A stretch of DNA of 64,000 nt from an uncultured SAR86 cluster bacterium (GCA_902557645.1 CACEAP010000003.1:135936-199935); one strand, 5' to 3'. Counted from the first letter of the stretch, positions 30,313 through 41,584 are shown. The notes: generated by a model not told the origin, from the sequence alone. Program-made: numbers and translations.

Positions 30313-31759
30313 GTTAGAAGAAATTTTGGGCATCACTTTTCCACATGGAGTAAAAATTTCTCATGCAACAAATTCATCGAAAGAAGCAAAAAATGGCTCT
30401 ATTTTTTTTGGGTTACCTGGAACAAAAGAACATGGCAGTAATTATATTCACGAAGCATTAAGTAAAGGAGCATCAATAGCAATTCATAATAATGAAAGTT
30501 TCCAAGATAAATCTACAAACATTTTTTATGTCAAAGATCTTCAAGATGCAGTTGAAGGGTCAAAGAGCAAAATATACTTTTTTTTAAAGGAATTGTATCA
30601 AATGCCTGTAAATTTTATGCCCAAATTTTATGGTTTTACCGGTACAAATGGTAAATCTTCTTCAGCTTTTTTATGCCACCAACTTTTTAGAAAACAAAAA
30701 TCTAATTCTCTATATATTGGCACATTAGGATTTCAATATAATGATAGAAAATTTAATTCCTCCTTGTCATCAAAGACTACACCAGATATTTTTGAATTAT
30801 TTCAGATTCTTTCTTTATGTAATTTTAATATTGAGAATATATCAATAGAAATATCTTCTCATGCTTTAGATCAAGATCGCTTAAAGGATATAAGATTATT
30901 TTATGCTGCAATCTTAAACATTGAAGAGGATCATCTCGATTATCACAAAGATATTAATGAATATGCTAATGCAAAATTCAAGATTTTAGATATGACTGAT
31001 GGGAAGATTGCAATTGACGATCAAATAATAAAAAAATACAAAGGCTTACTTAATAACAATAAAAACTCATCAAGATTGGTGACGATAGGTCAAGATAATA
31101 CCTTAAGTGATATATCCTTTAATATTACTAATTTAGATTTTCAAAAAACTGAATTTACTATTACGTCTGATAATACTTTCGAGTATTCTTGTTCCATTTT
31201 TCCAGAATTTAATGTAAATAATCTTATATTTGCAATATACCCATTTTTAAAAGACGCCTTATTTACTTCAAACAAAATTAATGATTTATCATATTTAATT
31301 CTTCCCAAAGGAAGGGCAGAGGTTATTTCCAATATTAATGCCAATATTATTATTGACTATGCTCATAATCCTAAAGCTATAAAATATTTTCTTAGATCAG
31401 TAAATTATTATTTTAATAATGTAGTTGTTGTTTTAGGATGTGGAGGTGATAGGGATAAATCTAAAAGATCTGCAATGCTTAAAGCTGCAATAGAGAATAG
31501 TAATAAAGTAATATTTACTTCAGATAATTCAAGAAACGAATCTTTTCAAAACATTTTTTTTGATGCTTGCAAGGGAAATAATTTAGAGAAAGTTCTTGAT
31601 ATTGAAGATAGAGAAAAAGCAATTATTTATGGAACAAGATTAATAAGTCATAATGATTGCTTAGTGATATTAGGAAAAGGCCACGAAAAAACACAAGAAA
31701 TTAACGGAAAGCATACAAAGTTTAGTGATCATGAGGTAGTTAATGAAATTTATAAGTAA
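30305..31759 (+). CDS. murE: UDP-MurNAc-tripeptide synthetase MurE
   Basis: TGTNGKSS, TTPD, EISSHALDQ, DHLDYH, IDYAHNP, GCGGDRDKSKR, GKGHE. Confidence 0.93.
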   Translation: MSKLEEILGITFPHGVKISHATNSSKEAKNGSIFFGLPGTKEHGSNYIHEALSKGASIAIHNNESFQDKSTNIFYVKDLQDAVEGSKSKIYFFLKELYQMPVNFMPKFYGFTGTNGKSSSAFLCHQLFRKQKSNSLYIGTLGFQYNDRKFNSSLSSKTTPDIFELFQILSLCNFNIENISIEISSHALDQDRLKDIRLFYAAILNIEEDHLDYHKDINEYANAKFKILDMTDGKIAIDDQIIKKYKGLLNNNKNSSRLVTIGQDNTLSDISFNITNLDFQKTEFTITSDNTFEYSCSIFPEFNVNNLIFAIYPFLKDALFTSNKINDLSYLILPKGRAEVISNINANIIIDYAHNPKAIKYFLRSVNYYFNNVVVVLGCGGDRDKSKRSAMLKAAIENSNKVIFTSDNSRNESFQNIFFDACKGNNLEKVLDIEDREKAIIYGTRLISHNDCLVILGKGHEKTQEINGKHTKFSDHEVVNEIYK

Positions 31760-33083
31760 TTCAAATGACTTATCAAGATTTCTTGAGATTCCTATAGCTA
31801 AGAATATACCGTTAAGAAGCATTTCTATTGATACGAGAACTATAAAAAAGGGTGCTTTATTCTTTGCAATTAAAGGTAAAAACTTCAATGGGAATCATTT
31901 TGTTGATATAGCTATAAATAAAGGAGCATCGATTATTATTGCTGATGACAAGAAGTTTTTAAAAACAAAAAATAATAGAATCATTTATGTTAAAAATACT
32001 ATCCAAGCATTAAAGAAAATATCAGAGAACATAATTAAATCATATGATGGTAAGACTATTGCTATTACTGGAAGTAGTGGAAAAACTTCAACTACAAACA
32101 TTGTTGCAAGCACTTTAAAGTTAAGCTCTCAAACATTAAAAAATTTTAATAATGAAATTGGCATGCCTTTAAGCTTAATGAATGCATCCAAGAAATCAAA
32201 AAATATTGTTTTAGAAATAGGAGCTTCAAAACTAAAAGATATTCATTATCTGAGTAAAATTATCAAACCACATATTGGAGTAATAACAAATATAGGCAAA
32301 TCTCACTTGGAGATGTTAAAAAATATAGAAGGGGTATTAAAAGTTAAATCAGAACTAGTATCTAATATTAAAAGGAATGGTTATCTTGTTGCACCTAATG
32401 AAAATAAGAAAAATCTAAACTTTTGGAAAAATATTAGAAGCGATATTCAAATCATAACTTTCGGAATGGATAAGAGTGCTGACTTTTATCCAAAAAAAAT
32501 TAAATTCGGTAAAAACAAGATGAATTTCTATATAGCTTCAAGATATATAAAAGAGGACTTAAAGATTACAACTTCTCTAAATGGAGAGCATAATATAAAA
32601 AATATTTTGACAAGCTTTGCAGTTAATTATTGTCTTGGAAATACAAATAATTTTTTTATTAATGTATTGAAGAATGATGCTATTAAAGAGATGAGGCAAA
32701 TTAAATCTAAGTGGTTAGGAGGATCTTTATTAATAGACGACACATATAATGCAAATCCTGATTCTACAAGAAAATCAATTGATTTATTATCTATGTATAA
32801 AGAAAGGACCATATTAGTATTAGGAGATATGTTAGAACTAGGAAAGTATAAAAAGAAATATCATAAAGAGATTGGAGAATATGCTAAGAACAGAGGAATA
32901 AATACTTTGTTGGGCTTTGGAGATTTAACAAAAAATACTATTGATAGCTTTGGCAAGGGAGGCTTTTTTTTTAAACAAGAAGAAGACTTAAGAAATTTTT
33001 TAAAAGAAAATGTAACTGCAAAAGATGTTATCTTAATTAAAGGTTCAAGAGGAATGATAATGGAAAGATTTATAAATGTTTGA
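31743..33083 (+). CDS. murF: UDP-MurNAc-pentapeptide synthetase MurF
   Basis: [40 protein letters not shown]. Confidence 0.95.
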   Translation: MKFISNSNDLSRFLEIPIAKNIPLRSISIDTRTIKKGALFFAIKGKNFNGNHFVDIAINKGASIIIADDKKFLKTKNNRIIYVKNTIQALKKISENIIKSYDGKTIAITGSSGKTSTTNIVASTLKLSSQTLKNFNNEIGMPLSLMNASKKSKNIVLEIGASKLKDIHYLSKIIKPHIGVITNIGKSHLEMLKNIEGVLKVKSELVSNIKRNGYLVAPNENKKNLNFWKNIRSDIQIITFGMDKSADFYPKKIKFGKNKMNFYIASRYIKEDLKITTSLNGEHNIKNILTSFAVNYCLGNTNNFFINVLKNDAIKEMRQIKSKWLGGSLLIDDTYNANPDSTRKSIDLLSMYKERTILVLGDMLELGKYKKKYHKEIGEYAKNRGINTLLGFGDLTKNTIDSFGKGGFFFKQEEDLRNFLKENVTAKDVILIKGSRGMIMERFINV

Positions 33084-34161
33084 GTATTTAGGAACAATTT
33101 TAGTAGATTATGATCCAGGTTTTGATGTACTTAGATATTTAACTGTAAGAACTATTGGAGGAACAGTTACAGCATTAATTATCTCTATAGTACTTGGTCC
33201 TTATGTAATAAATCTCCTTAAGAAATTTCAGTTTGAACAACATGTCAGAGTGCATGGCCCAAAAAGTCATTATAAGAAAACAGGCACACCTACAATGGGC
33301 GGCTTATTAATACTTTTATCATTGATAATATCTACTTTACTTTGGGCTGACCTTTCAAATAGGTATATATGGGTAGTTATCTTTATAACTATAGCTTTTG
33401 GTTTTGTTGGTTTTTTAGATGATTATATTAAAGTTAAAGCTAAAAACTCAGACGGCCTTTCAAGTAAGCAGAAAATTATTTTACAAACATTATTTGCATC
33501 TATTGCATCTGCATATTTATATTTTTCAGCAGAAACTTCTCCCGAAACTGCTTTTATAGTCCCTTTTTATAAAGATCTTTTAATTAGCATGAGTCCATTT
33601 GCATTTATATTTGCAGCTACTTTTGTAGTAGTTGGATCTTCAAATGCAGTAAATTTAACAGATGGCTTAGATGGCCTCGCTATTATGCCTACTATTTTAA
33701 TAGCCGGAGCATTAGGTTTAATTGCTTATGGTATGGGAAATATAGTTATTGCAGAGTATTTATATTTACCCCATTTAGAAATATCTGGAGAATTAATTGT
33801 ATTTTGTGGAGCTTTGATAGGTTCAGGCATAGGATTTCTTTGGTATAACACCTACCCAGCTCAAATATTTATGGGAGATGTTGGCTCATTAACCTTAGGA
33901 GCTGTTTTAGGAATAATTGCTGTGATATTGAGACATGAATTGGTATTTGCAATTATGGCTGGTGTTTTTGTTATGGAAACATTAAGTGTAGCTATTCAGG
34001 TAATATCTTTTAAGTTAAGAGGCAAAAGAGTATTTTTAATGTCACCGATACACCATCACTTTGAATTAAAGGGATGGGAAGAGCCAAAAATTATAGTAAG
34101 GTTTTGGATAATAACCATTATTCTAATACTTGTAGCTCTTGCTACTTTAAAAATTAGGTAA
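33076..34161 (+). CDS. mraY: Phospho-MurNAc-pentapeptide translocase
   Basis: [35 protein letters not shown]. Confidence 0.97.
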   Translation: MFEYLGTILVDYDPGFDVLRYLTVRTIGGTVTALIISIVLGPYVINLLKKFQFEQHVRVHGPKSHYKKTGTPTMGGLLILLSLIISTLLWADLSNRYIWVVIFITIAFGFVGFLDDYIKVKAKNSDGLSSKQKIILQTLFASIASAYLYFSAETSPETAFIVPFYKDLLISMSPFAFIFAATFVVVGSSNAVNLTDGLDGLAIMPTILIAGALGLIAYGMGNIVIAEYLYLPHLEISGELIVFCGALIGSGIGFLWYNTYPAQIFMGDVGSLTLGAVLGIIAVILRHELVFAIMAGVFVMETLSVAIQVISFKLRGKRVFLMSPIHHHFELKGWEEPKIIVRFWIITIILILVALATLKIR

Positions 34162-34173
34162 ATATTAAATTAA

Positions 34174-35229
34174 GTGAAGTCTTTAATATATGGTTACGGA
34201 ATTACCGGACAATCATTTGAAAAGTATTTAATTAGAAATAATATTGAATATGAGATTTATGATGATAATAAATCTCTTTATATATCTGATCGTTTTACTA
34301 ATGAATTAAATCAAAACTGGGATGTAATTTACTGCAGTCCAGGCATTACAAAAAATAATATCCAAAAACTTAAATCTTTGAAATACCAATGCATTAAAAC
34401 AGATATAGAGATATTCTGCTCAGAGAATTCTTCTATAAAAATTGGTATTACTGGAACCAATAGGAAAAGCACAACCTGTTTTCATCTTTTTCAATTATTA
34501 AGTAAAAAATTTCAGGTCAATTTAATTGGAAATATTGGCGAACCTGTCTTAAATCATCTAAAAGATGGAGCAGATTATTCAATCATTGAATTATCAAGTC
34601 AACAATTAGATAAATTAGAATCAATAGAACTTGATTATGGAGTTTTATTAAATATTGCTCCTGATCACATAGATTATCATGGGAGTTTTGAGGAATATAA
34701 GCGGGTTAAAAAAAGAATACTTGAAGCACAGAAATCTTCTTTTGAAAATGATCCATTCGAGCTATATAAATGGATTACTGGAGAGGAGGCAGAAGCTATA
34801 CAATTAGCTGATTTACCATTCAGATTCCAAATGATTTCAAAATCAATTATTAATGATTCAAAATCAACAAATATGCATTCCCTAGAATATGCAATTGAAA
34901 AGGCAAATAAATATTTTAAAAATTCTTCGTATCATTTGATAGTATGCGGCAACCCAGAAAAAGAAGGCTTTAGAAAGTTCTCAGTCAAGGGTCCAAAAAA
35001 TATTTTTATTATTGGAAAGCATGCATTAGATATAGATAAGTGTATAGACCATCAAAATAAGATTATCTTTAAAAACTTTAATGAGGCACTATTAAAAATA
35101 TCAAATGAAACGTCTCAAAATATTTTGTTTTCACCAGGATTCCCAAGTGGAAATGATTTTAAAAACTTTGAAGATAGAGGAATTTTTTTCAATGAATCAG
35201 TAAAAAAAATACTTTCTAATGATATATAG
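34174..35229 (+). CDS. murD: UDP-MurNAc-L-Ala:D-Glu ligase MurD (shortened)
   Basis: GYGITG, SPGI, ITGTNRKSTT, GNIG, ELSS, PDHIDYH, NDSKSTN, FEDRG; between mraY and ftsW. Confidence 0.88.
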   Translation: MKSLIYGYGITGQSFEKYLIRNNIEYEIYDDNKSLYISDRFTNELNQNWDVIYCSPGITKNNIQKLKSLKYQCIKTDIEIFCSENSSIKIGITGTNRKSTTCFHLFQLLSKKFQVNLIGNIGEPVLNHLKDGADYSIIELSSQQLDKLESIELDYGVLLNIAPDHIDYHGSFEEYKRVKKRILEAQKSSFENDPFELYKWITGEEAEAIQLADLPFRFQMISKSIINDSKSTNMHSLEYAIEKANKYFKNSSYHLIVCGNPEKEGFRKFSVKGPKNIFIIGKHALDIDKCIDHQNKIIFKNFNEALLKISNETSQNILFSPGFPSGNDFKNFEDRGIFFNESVKKILSNDI

Positions 35230-36319
35230 AAATAATATTTTTCTAATCATCTCTTTAGTTGGATTAATATGCCTTGGCCTAATAATGGTTACTTCATCTA
35301 GTATATATATTGCACAAAATATGACTGGAAACCCTTTTCACTTTGCAACAAGACAAGCTCTATTTATTGGCGTCGGTATTTTTATTTTTACTATATTTCT
35401 CTTGGTTCCTTCAACTCTATTAGAAAAAGTAGATTGGTTATTTTTGCTTATAAGCATAATTTTATTGGCAATATTATTTCTGCCAGGAATAGGTACTGAG
35501 GTTAATGGAAGTATAAGATGGATTCGAATAGGCCCAATAAATATTCAACCTGCTGAGATATGCAAATTTAGTATGATCCTATACACCTCAGGCTATTGTG
35601 TTCGAAGAATGAATGAAATTAGTACCTTGAGGGGTTTTGTAAAGCCTTTATTATTGCTAGGGCTTGTTTCGTTTTTAATTTTATCTCAACCTGACTTAGG
35701 TTCAACAGCGATTATATGTGCAGTTGTTGTAGCAATTTTATTTTTTGCAGGCATATCTTTTTTTCAATTTTTTTTATTATTACTTCTCCTCGCGACACTG
35801 GGCTTCATTGCTATTTACTTCACCCCATTTAGATTAACAAGAGTGATGTCATTTATGGACCCATTTGAATCTCAGTTAGGTGCAGGTTGGCAACTCAGCA
35901 ACTCTTTAATTGGAATAGGTCAAGCTAACTGGATAGGATTAGGGCTTGGTAATAGCTTCCAAAAAAACCTGTTTTTACCCGAAGCTCATACAGATTTTAT
36001 TTTTGCAGTTTTGGTAGAGGAGTTGGGCATTCTCGGAGTATTCTTTTTGATATCAATGTATTCTTTAATGATTTATTCTATTTTTTCTATTGCAATGCAA
36101 TCTTTAATTTTAAAGAGGTACTTTCAAGGCTTTGTAGCTTTTGGTATTGGTTTTTTAATTGCTGTTCAAGCAATATTTAATTTAGCAGTAAATATAGGCC
36201 TTCTACCAACAAAAGGTTTAACATTACCCTTTATAAGTTATGGAGGTACAAGCATGATTATCATGATGTCCTTCATCGCAATAGTGCTTAGAATTAATAA
36301 TGAAAATAAATTTTACTAA
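35219..36319 (+). CDS. ftsW: SEDS peptidoglycan polymerase FtsW
   Basis: NGSIRWI, QPAE, QPDLG, FLPEAHTDFIFA, PTKGLTLPFISYGG. Confidence 0.96.
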   Translation: MIYRNNIFLIISLVGLICLGLIMVTSSSIYIAQNMTGNPFHFATRQALFIGVGIFIFTIFLLVPSTLLEKVDWLFLLISIILLAILFLPGIGTEVNGSIRWIRIGPINIQPAEICKFSMILYTSGYCVRRMNEISTLRGFVKPLLLLGLVSFLILSQPDLGSTAIICAVVVAILFFAGISFFQFFLLLLLLATLGFIAIYFTPFRLTRVMSFMDPFESQLGAGWQLSNSLIGIGQANWIGLGLGNSFQKNLFLPEAHTDFIFAVLVEELGILGVFFLISMYSLMIYSIFSIAMQSLILKRYFQGFVAFGIGFLIAVQAIFNLAVNIGLLPTKGLTLPFISYGGTSMIIMMSFIAIVLRINNENKFY

Positions 36320-36322
36320 CAA

Positions 36323-37363
36323 ATGAATATTTTAATAGCAGCAGCCAAAACCGGCGGGCATGTGTATCCAGCAACTGAGGTCAGTAAAGAGTTTATAAAT
36401 AATGGCCATAAAGCTATTTTTTTAGGCACCAATAATTTAATTGAAAGAAATGCCATAAAAGATATCTCAGAAATTCAATATGAACACATTGATATGAATG
36501 GTTATAGAGGAAATAGCATTTTGAGTAAAGTTTTAGTTTTACTAAGTCTGCCTATGAATGTTTTTAGAGTGCTTAAGATTTTGTGGAATAATAAAGTTGA
36601 TTCAATTATTGTTTTTGGCGGTTTTATAAGTATTCCAGCAGCTATAGCTGGATTGATACTTTTAAAACCTATATATGTCCATGAACAAAATACAGTATTA
36701 GGATCAGCAAATAAGATTATTTCAAAATTTTCAAAAAAGATATTTCTAGGAATGCCATTGCATAAGAAGAATTTAAAAAGATCGGAAGTTATAGGAAATC
36801 CTATTCGAAAATCATTTGTATCAAAAATACAAAATAGAACTGATGATTATGTAAAAATTTATATTACAGGCGGAAGTCAAGGAGCTAAATACCTTAATGA
36901 TAATCTGCCACCTATATTCAATGATATTAACATTCCAATATCTATAAGACATCAATGCGGAAAAGGTAAAAAACCAGGAGTAGAAAAGTTATACGCGAAT
37001 TTTAAGGAAGTTGAGGTCAGAGAATTTTTTGATAATCCAAATTCTCAAATTGATTGGGCTGACTTTATAATATCCAGAGCTGGCGCGCTTAGTTTGTCTG
37101 AAATTATTTCAATGAAAAAAGGAACTTTAATGATACCTCTGCCAAATGCTGTCGATAATCATCAATTGCTTAATGCAAGATATGTTGAAAAAGATGGAAT
37201 TGGTTTGGTGCATGAGCAAGAACACGGAATAGATATTTTAAAAAATATTATAAAAAATATAATTGAAACTAAAGAATATTTAATATGGCAACAAGCAGAA
37301 TTTAGAACTAATCATATGGATGCAGCTCAGAAAATATTTAATTCAGTTTTAGAGAATAATTAA
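36323..37363 (+). CDS. murG: Lipid II GlcNAc transferase MurG
   Basis: TGGHVYPA, HEQN, GNPIR, GGSQGA, ISRAGA, HQLLNA. Confidence 0.95.
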   Translation: MNILIAAAKTGGHVYPATEVSKEFINNGHKAIFLGTNNLIERNAIKDISEIQYEHIDMNGYRGNSILSKVLVLLSLPMNVFRVLKILWNNKVDSIIVFGGFISIPAAIAGLILLKPIYVHEQNTVLGSANKIISKFSKKIFLGMPLHKKNLKRSEVIGNPIRKSFVSKIQNRTDDYVKIYITGGSQGAKYLNDNLPPIFNDINIPISIRHQCGKGKKPGVEKLYANFKEVEVREFFDNPNSQIDWADFIISRAGALSLSEIISMKKGTLMIPLPNAVDNHQLLNARYVEKDGIGLVHEQEHGIDILKNIIKNIIETKEYLIWQQAEFRTNHMDAAQKIFNSVLENN

Positions 37364-37365
37364 TT

Positions 37366-38757
37366 ATGAATCCATTAAAGAAGATCAAACACATTCATTT
37401 TGTTGGGATTGGAGGCTCAGGGATGATTGGAATAGCATATCTGTTATTAAGAAAAGGTTATAAGGTTAGCGGATCAGATATTCAAAAATCAAAATCATTA
37501 ACTAATTTAAAAAAGCTTGGAGCTAAAGTTTTATATACACATAAAGAAAAAAATGTTGGTAAAGCAGATCTAGTAGTTATGTCATCTGCAATAAGGAACT
37601 CAAATCCAGAATATAGATTTGCTAAAAGGAATGGCATTACTATTATCCCCAGAGCGCAAATGTTAGGGAGTCTGATGAGAGGTTATGAGAGTATTGCTGT
37701 AGCAGGAAGCCACGGAAAAACTACTACGACAAGCATGATTGCAAGTATTTTTAGTGAAGCACTTTTAAGCCCTACATATATTGTTGGAGGTAAAGTTCTT
37801 GGTATTGGTAAAAACTCTGAATTAGGAAGTGGTAATTACCTAATAGCAGAAGCTGATGAGAGTGATGGGTCTTTCCTGCATCTTCAGCCAGATGTTGGAG
37901 TTTTTACAAATATCGATAATGATCATTTAAGTTTTTTTGATAACGACATTGAGAAACTGCTTAAATCTTTTCAAATGTTTGCTGAAAATATTCCTTTTTA
38001 TGGTGCTCTTATAATCAATAAAGATGATAAGAATATTAAGAAAGTTGCAAAGAAAATTCTAAGAAGACAGATTTCATTTGGTTTTTCTTCAAGAAGCGAT
38101 TACCAAATAAAAGACATCTGCTATAAAAACAAACACCAATATTTCAACTTAATAGATCACTTTAAAAATAAAACTTATAAGTTCAGCCTGCCTTTAGCAG
38201 GAATACATAATGTTTACAATGCTGCTTCTGCAATTGCTGTAAGCTTAGAGGAGGGAGTAGCACTTAAATATGTACAAAGAGGCTTAAAAGAATTTAGAGG
38301 CGTATCTAGAAGATTTGAAAAGCATAACTTAAAGATAGATAAGAAAGAAATTACTTTAATAGATGATTATGGTCATCATCCTGAAGAAATTAAGTCTACT
38401 ATAAATGCAATTTATCAAGCATTCCCTAATAAAAAGATCTGCATGGTTTTTCAACCTCATCGATATACTAGAACTGCGCAACTATACAATGATTTTATTG
38501 AAGTTTTATCTTTACCAGATTCACTATTTTTATTAGATATATATGAAGCTAGCGAAACTCCCATCAAAGGCATTTCTTCTAAGAATCTGCTTGAAAGTAT
38601 TAAGCAAAATGGAAAGTCAAATGCTTGTCATAGCTCTGATAAATCTATCATAAATGATATTAAACACTCCTCTAACGATTTTGATATTCTAGTAACTCAG
38701 GGAGCAGGTAGCGTTTCGTTAATTTGTGCTGCTATAAAGACTAAATGGCAAATATAA
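37366..38757 (+). CDS. murC: UDP-MurNAc:L-Ala ligase MurC
   Basis: HFVGIGGSGM, AGSHGKTTTT, AEADESDGSF, DDYGHHPEE, FQPHRYTR. Confidence 0.97.
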   Translation: MNPLKKIKHIHFVGIGGSGMIGIAYLLLRKGYKVSGSDIQKSKSLTNLKKLGAKVLYTHKEKNVGKADLVVMSSAIRNSNPEYRFAKRNGITIIPRAQMLGSLMRGYESIAVAGSHGKTTTTSMIASIFSEALLSPTYIVGGKVLGIGKNSELGSGNYLIAEADESDGSFLHLQPDVGVFTNIDNDHLSFFDNDIEKLLKSFQMFAENIPFYGALIINKDDKNIKKVAKKILRRQISFGFSSRSDYQIKDICYKNKHQYFNLIDHFKNKTYKFSLPLAGIHNVYNAASAIAVSLEEGVALKYVQRGLKEFRGVSRRFEKHNLKIDKKEITLIDDYGHHPEEIKSTINAIYQAFPNKKICMVFQPHRYTRTAQLYNDFIEVLSLPDSLFLLDIYEASETPIKGISSKNLLESIKQNGKSNACHSSDKSIINDIKHSSNDFDILVTQGAGSVSLICAAIKTKWQI

Positions 38758-39671
38758 AAAAAATTATAATTCTCTATGGAGGGTCATCATCTGAAAGAGA
38801 AGTCTCAATAAAAAGTGGAGAAGGTATTTTTCAAGCATGCCAAGATCTTGGATATGATGCTAAATTAGTTGATCTTAATAATATATCTGATTTAAATTCT
38901 CTAAAAGAATTTGATATTGTTTTTATTGCACTTCATGGGTTTGAGGGTGAGTCTGGAACTCTTCAAAAAAATCTTGATGAAATGGGTATTTCATATACTG
39001 GCTCAAGTTATGATGCATGCAAGAATACTTGGAATAAAAGTAAATTTAAAAATATTTTAGAATCTAAATCTATTCCAACACCAAGAGGCTTTTCAATAAA
39101 AACTTTTGATAAAGAAATACAATCGCCATTTAGTATTTTTAAAGAAAAATATGGCGAGGAGATAAAAGAGCTATTCTTAAAACCTGAGGAAGATGGTTCG
39201 AGTATTGATATCTTTCAAATAAAATCTTTAGCAGATTTAAGTAAATCTGTTTTAAGTGCTAAAAACACTGACAGAGGTTTTCTTTTTGAGGAGTCTATTA
39301 ATCATAGAGAGTTCACCGTTTCTATCTTGAACAATAAATGCTTACCTATTTTGGAGATTAAAACTGAAAATAGTTTTTATGATTATGATGCAAAATATAT
39401 TTCTAATTCAACTCAATTAATTGAGGCTGATTTTAAAAAAGAATTAAAGAAAGAGATAGAAGATTTATCATTGGGAGCTTTTAAAGCTTTAGGCTGCTCA
39501 GGATGGGGAAGAGTAGACCTCCTTCAAGATAAAGAGGGTAAATTTTATATTTTAGAAATCAATACTGTTCCAGGTATGACTAATCATAGCTGTGTTCCAA
39601 AATCGGCAGCACTAGCTGGCATATCATACAAAAAACTAGTTAATTTAATAATTGATGATGCATATTTATAA
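38745..39671 (+). CDS. ddl: D-alanine--D-alanine ligase
   Basis: GGSSSEREVS, FIALHG, FYDYDAKY, GRVD, LEINTVPGMT. Confidence 0.95.
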   Translation: MANIKKIIILYGGSSSEREVSIKSGEGIFQACQDLGYDAKLVDLNNISDLNSLKEFDIVFIALHGFEGESGTLQKNLDEMGISYTGSSYDACKNTWNKSKFKNILESKSIPTPRGFSIKTFDKEIQSPFSIFKEKYGEEIKELFLKPEEDGSSIDIFQIKSLADLSKSVLSAKNTDRGFLFEESINHREFTVSILNNKCLPILEIKTENSFYDYDAKYISNSTQLIEADFKKELKKEIEDLSLGAFKALGCSGWGRVDLLQDKEGKFYILEINTVPGMTNHSCVPKSAALAGISYKKLVNLIIDDAYL

Positions 39672-40287
39672 ATTATTTTTTTTAAGTTTTTTTCTAGTAA
39701 TTTTAACTTCATGTAATCAATATAAGAATATTGAAATAATTTTTGAGGATGGTTTTATCTATTCCTCTCAGAAAGATTTAATTACAAATCTCAAATCTAC
39801 TAATTCAAAAGAAGGCATAAAAGAAATTCTTTTAAACCAAGATTGGATTGAGGATTTTAAAGTTGTATTCAGAATTAATGGTAATGTCAAAATAAACATT
39901 ATTACAAAGATTCCTTTGTTTATATGGAACGATAAATATTATATTGATAGGAAATTAAATACTTTTAATTTTGATAAAACTAATAATTATCTCATCAAAG
40001 TTTTTTGCCCAAGTAATCAAATTGAAGATGCAAGTAAATTAATTAAATATATCAACAATACAGAAACATTATCCAAATTTAGTTTCAATAAACTAGATTT
40101 CAAATATTCATCAGGTTGGACATTGTTTTTTGAAGACACTCTAACTATAAAATTTGGTAAGGATATCTCAGAAGCAAGATTAAACTCTTTTAAACAAAGC
40201 TTAAATTATGTATACGAAAACGACTCTATACCTAGTATGATAGATTTAAGATATAAGGATGGGGTAGCATTAAATTATGGCAAATAA
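39655..40287 (+). CDS. ftsQ: Cell division protein FtsQ (reduced)
   Basis: Between ddl and ftsA; C-terminal IDLRYKDGVAL; exact start uncertain. Confidence 0.75.
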   Translation: MMHIYKLFFLSFFLVILTSCNQYKNIEIIFEDGFIYSSQKDLITNLKSTNSKEGIKEILLNQDWIEDFKVVFRINGNVKINIITKIPLFIWNDKYYIDRKLNTFNFDKTNNYLIKVFCPSNQIEDASKLIKYINNTETLSKFSFNKLDFKYSSGWTLFFEDTLTIKFGKDISEARLNSFKQSLNYVYENDSIPSMIDLRYKDGVALNYGK

Positions 40288-41506
40288 CACTTCAAAAGAA
40301 TCAAATATTGTAGTTGGTTTGGATATTGGTACCTCAAAAATAGTTTGTATTGTAGGTGAATATGATACTCAAGATAATCTCGAAATTATTGCTCTTGGCT
40401 CATACCCATCTAGCGGATTAAAAAAGGGTGTTGTTGTAAATATTGATGTTACAACTGACGCTATCCAAAAAGCTGTTGAGCAAGCTCAATCAATGATCGA
40501 GGAAAAGATAAAATCAGTATATGTAGGAATAGCTGGAAATCATATTAGAAGTTTTAATTCGCAAGGTATCGAAGCAATTAAAGATAAAGAAGTTTCCGCT
40601 TCTGATATAGAAAGGGTTATTGAATCAGCACAAGCGATTGCAATTCCATCAGATCAAAAAGTTTTACATGTAATACCTCAAGAATTTGTTATTGATGATC
40701 AAGATTGCATTAAAGACCCGCTTGGAATGTCCGGGGTTAGACTTGAAGCAAAAGTGCATTTAGTTACATGTTCCAATAATGCAGTAATGAATATTGAAAA
40801 GTGTGTAAAAAATTGTGGTCTTAAAGTTGAAGGTTATGTCCTTGAGCAGTTAGCTAGTTCTCATTCAATCCTATCAGATGATGAAAAAGATTTAGGAGTA
40901 TGTTTAGTTGATATTGGGGGTGGTACAACTGATATAGCAATTTTCCAAGCAGGCTCAATAGGTTTTACAGGAAATATTCCTATTGCAGGGGATATGGTTA
41001 CTAATGATATTGCTGTTGCATTAAGAACCCCTACACCCGAGGCAGAAGATATAAAACAGAAACAAGGCTGTGCAGTACCTGAATTTACAAATGATGAAGA
41101 GGTAATCGAAGTTAGGGGAGTTGGAGGAAGGGCGCCTACAGAATTAGCGCGGAGGACTTTGGCAGGATTTATTGAGCCAAGATATATAGAGCTATGCCAG
41201 CTAGTTAAAGCAGAAATAAGCAGGAATGGATTTGAAGAAAAAATACCTGCTGGAATTGTTCTTACTGGCGGAACCTCAAAAATGGAAGGAGTGGTTGAAT
41301 TGGCTGAATCAATTTTTCAAACTAGTGTAAGACTTGGAGTGCCTTCAAAATTCCAAGGAATGGAAAATATACTTCAAAATCCAATATATGCAACATCAAT
41401 TGGCTTAGTCTCTCATGGTCACATGCAGAAAAAAGAGAACTTTATTCTTGAAAATAATCAGAGCCTTATATCTAAGTTTTTAAATTGGGCTAAAGGTGAG
41501 TATTGA
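40277..41506 (+). CDS. ftsA: Cell division protein FtsA
   Basis: VGLDIGTSKI, GLKKGVVVNI, PLGMSGVRLE, DIGGGTTD, GIVLTGG. Confidence 0.97.
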   Translation: MANNTSKESNIVVGLDIGTSKIVCIVGEYDTQDNLEIIALGSYPSSGLKKGVVVNIDVTTDAIQKAVEQAQSMIEEKIKSVYVGIAGNHIRSFNSQGIEAIKDKEVSASDIERVIESAQAIAIPSDQKVLHVIPQEFVIDDQDCIKDPLGMSGVRLEAKVHLVTCSNNAVMNIEKCVKNCGLKVEGYVLEQLASSHSILSDDEKDLGVCLVDIGGGTTDIAIFQAGSIGFTGNIPIAGDMVTNDIAVALRTPTPEAEDIKQKQGCAVPEFTNDEEVIEVRGVGGRAPTELARRTLAGFIEPRYIELCQLVKAEISRNGFEEKIPAGIVLTGGTSKMEGVVELAESIFQTSVRLGVPSKFQGMENILQNPIYATSIGLVSHGHMQKKENFILENNQSLISKFLNWAKGEY

Positions 41507-41531
41507 TTGTAAAAAATAATTACATTAGAAT
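41503..41531 (+). promoter_or_regulatory. Putative sigma-70 promoter of the rpsF operon
   Basis: TTGATT-17 nt-TAGAAT. Confidence 0.55.
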
Positions 41532-41538
41532 GCACCAT

Positions 41539-41580
41539 CCTTGGTTTTCTTAAATAAGAGAAAATCTTTAACCATAAGGT
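41539..41580 (+). promoter_or_regulatory. S6:S18-binding autoregulatory mRNA leader
   Basis: CCTTG, inner stem GTTTTCT/AGAAAAT, unpaired linker, CCA, then TAAGG (SD) pairing with CCTT: the architecture of the known rpsF leader. Confidence 0.7.
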
Positions 41581-41584
41581 AAAT

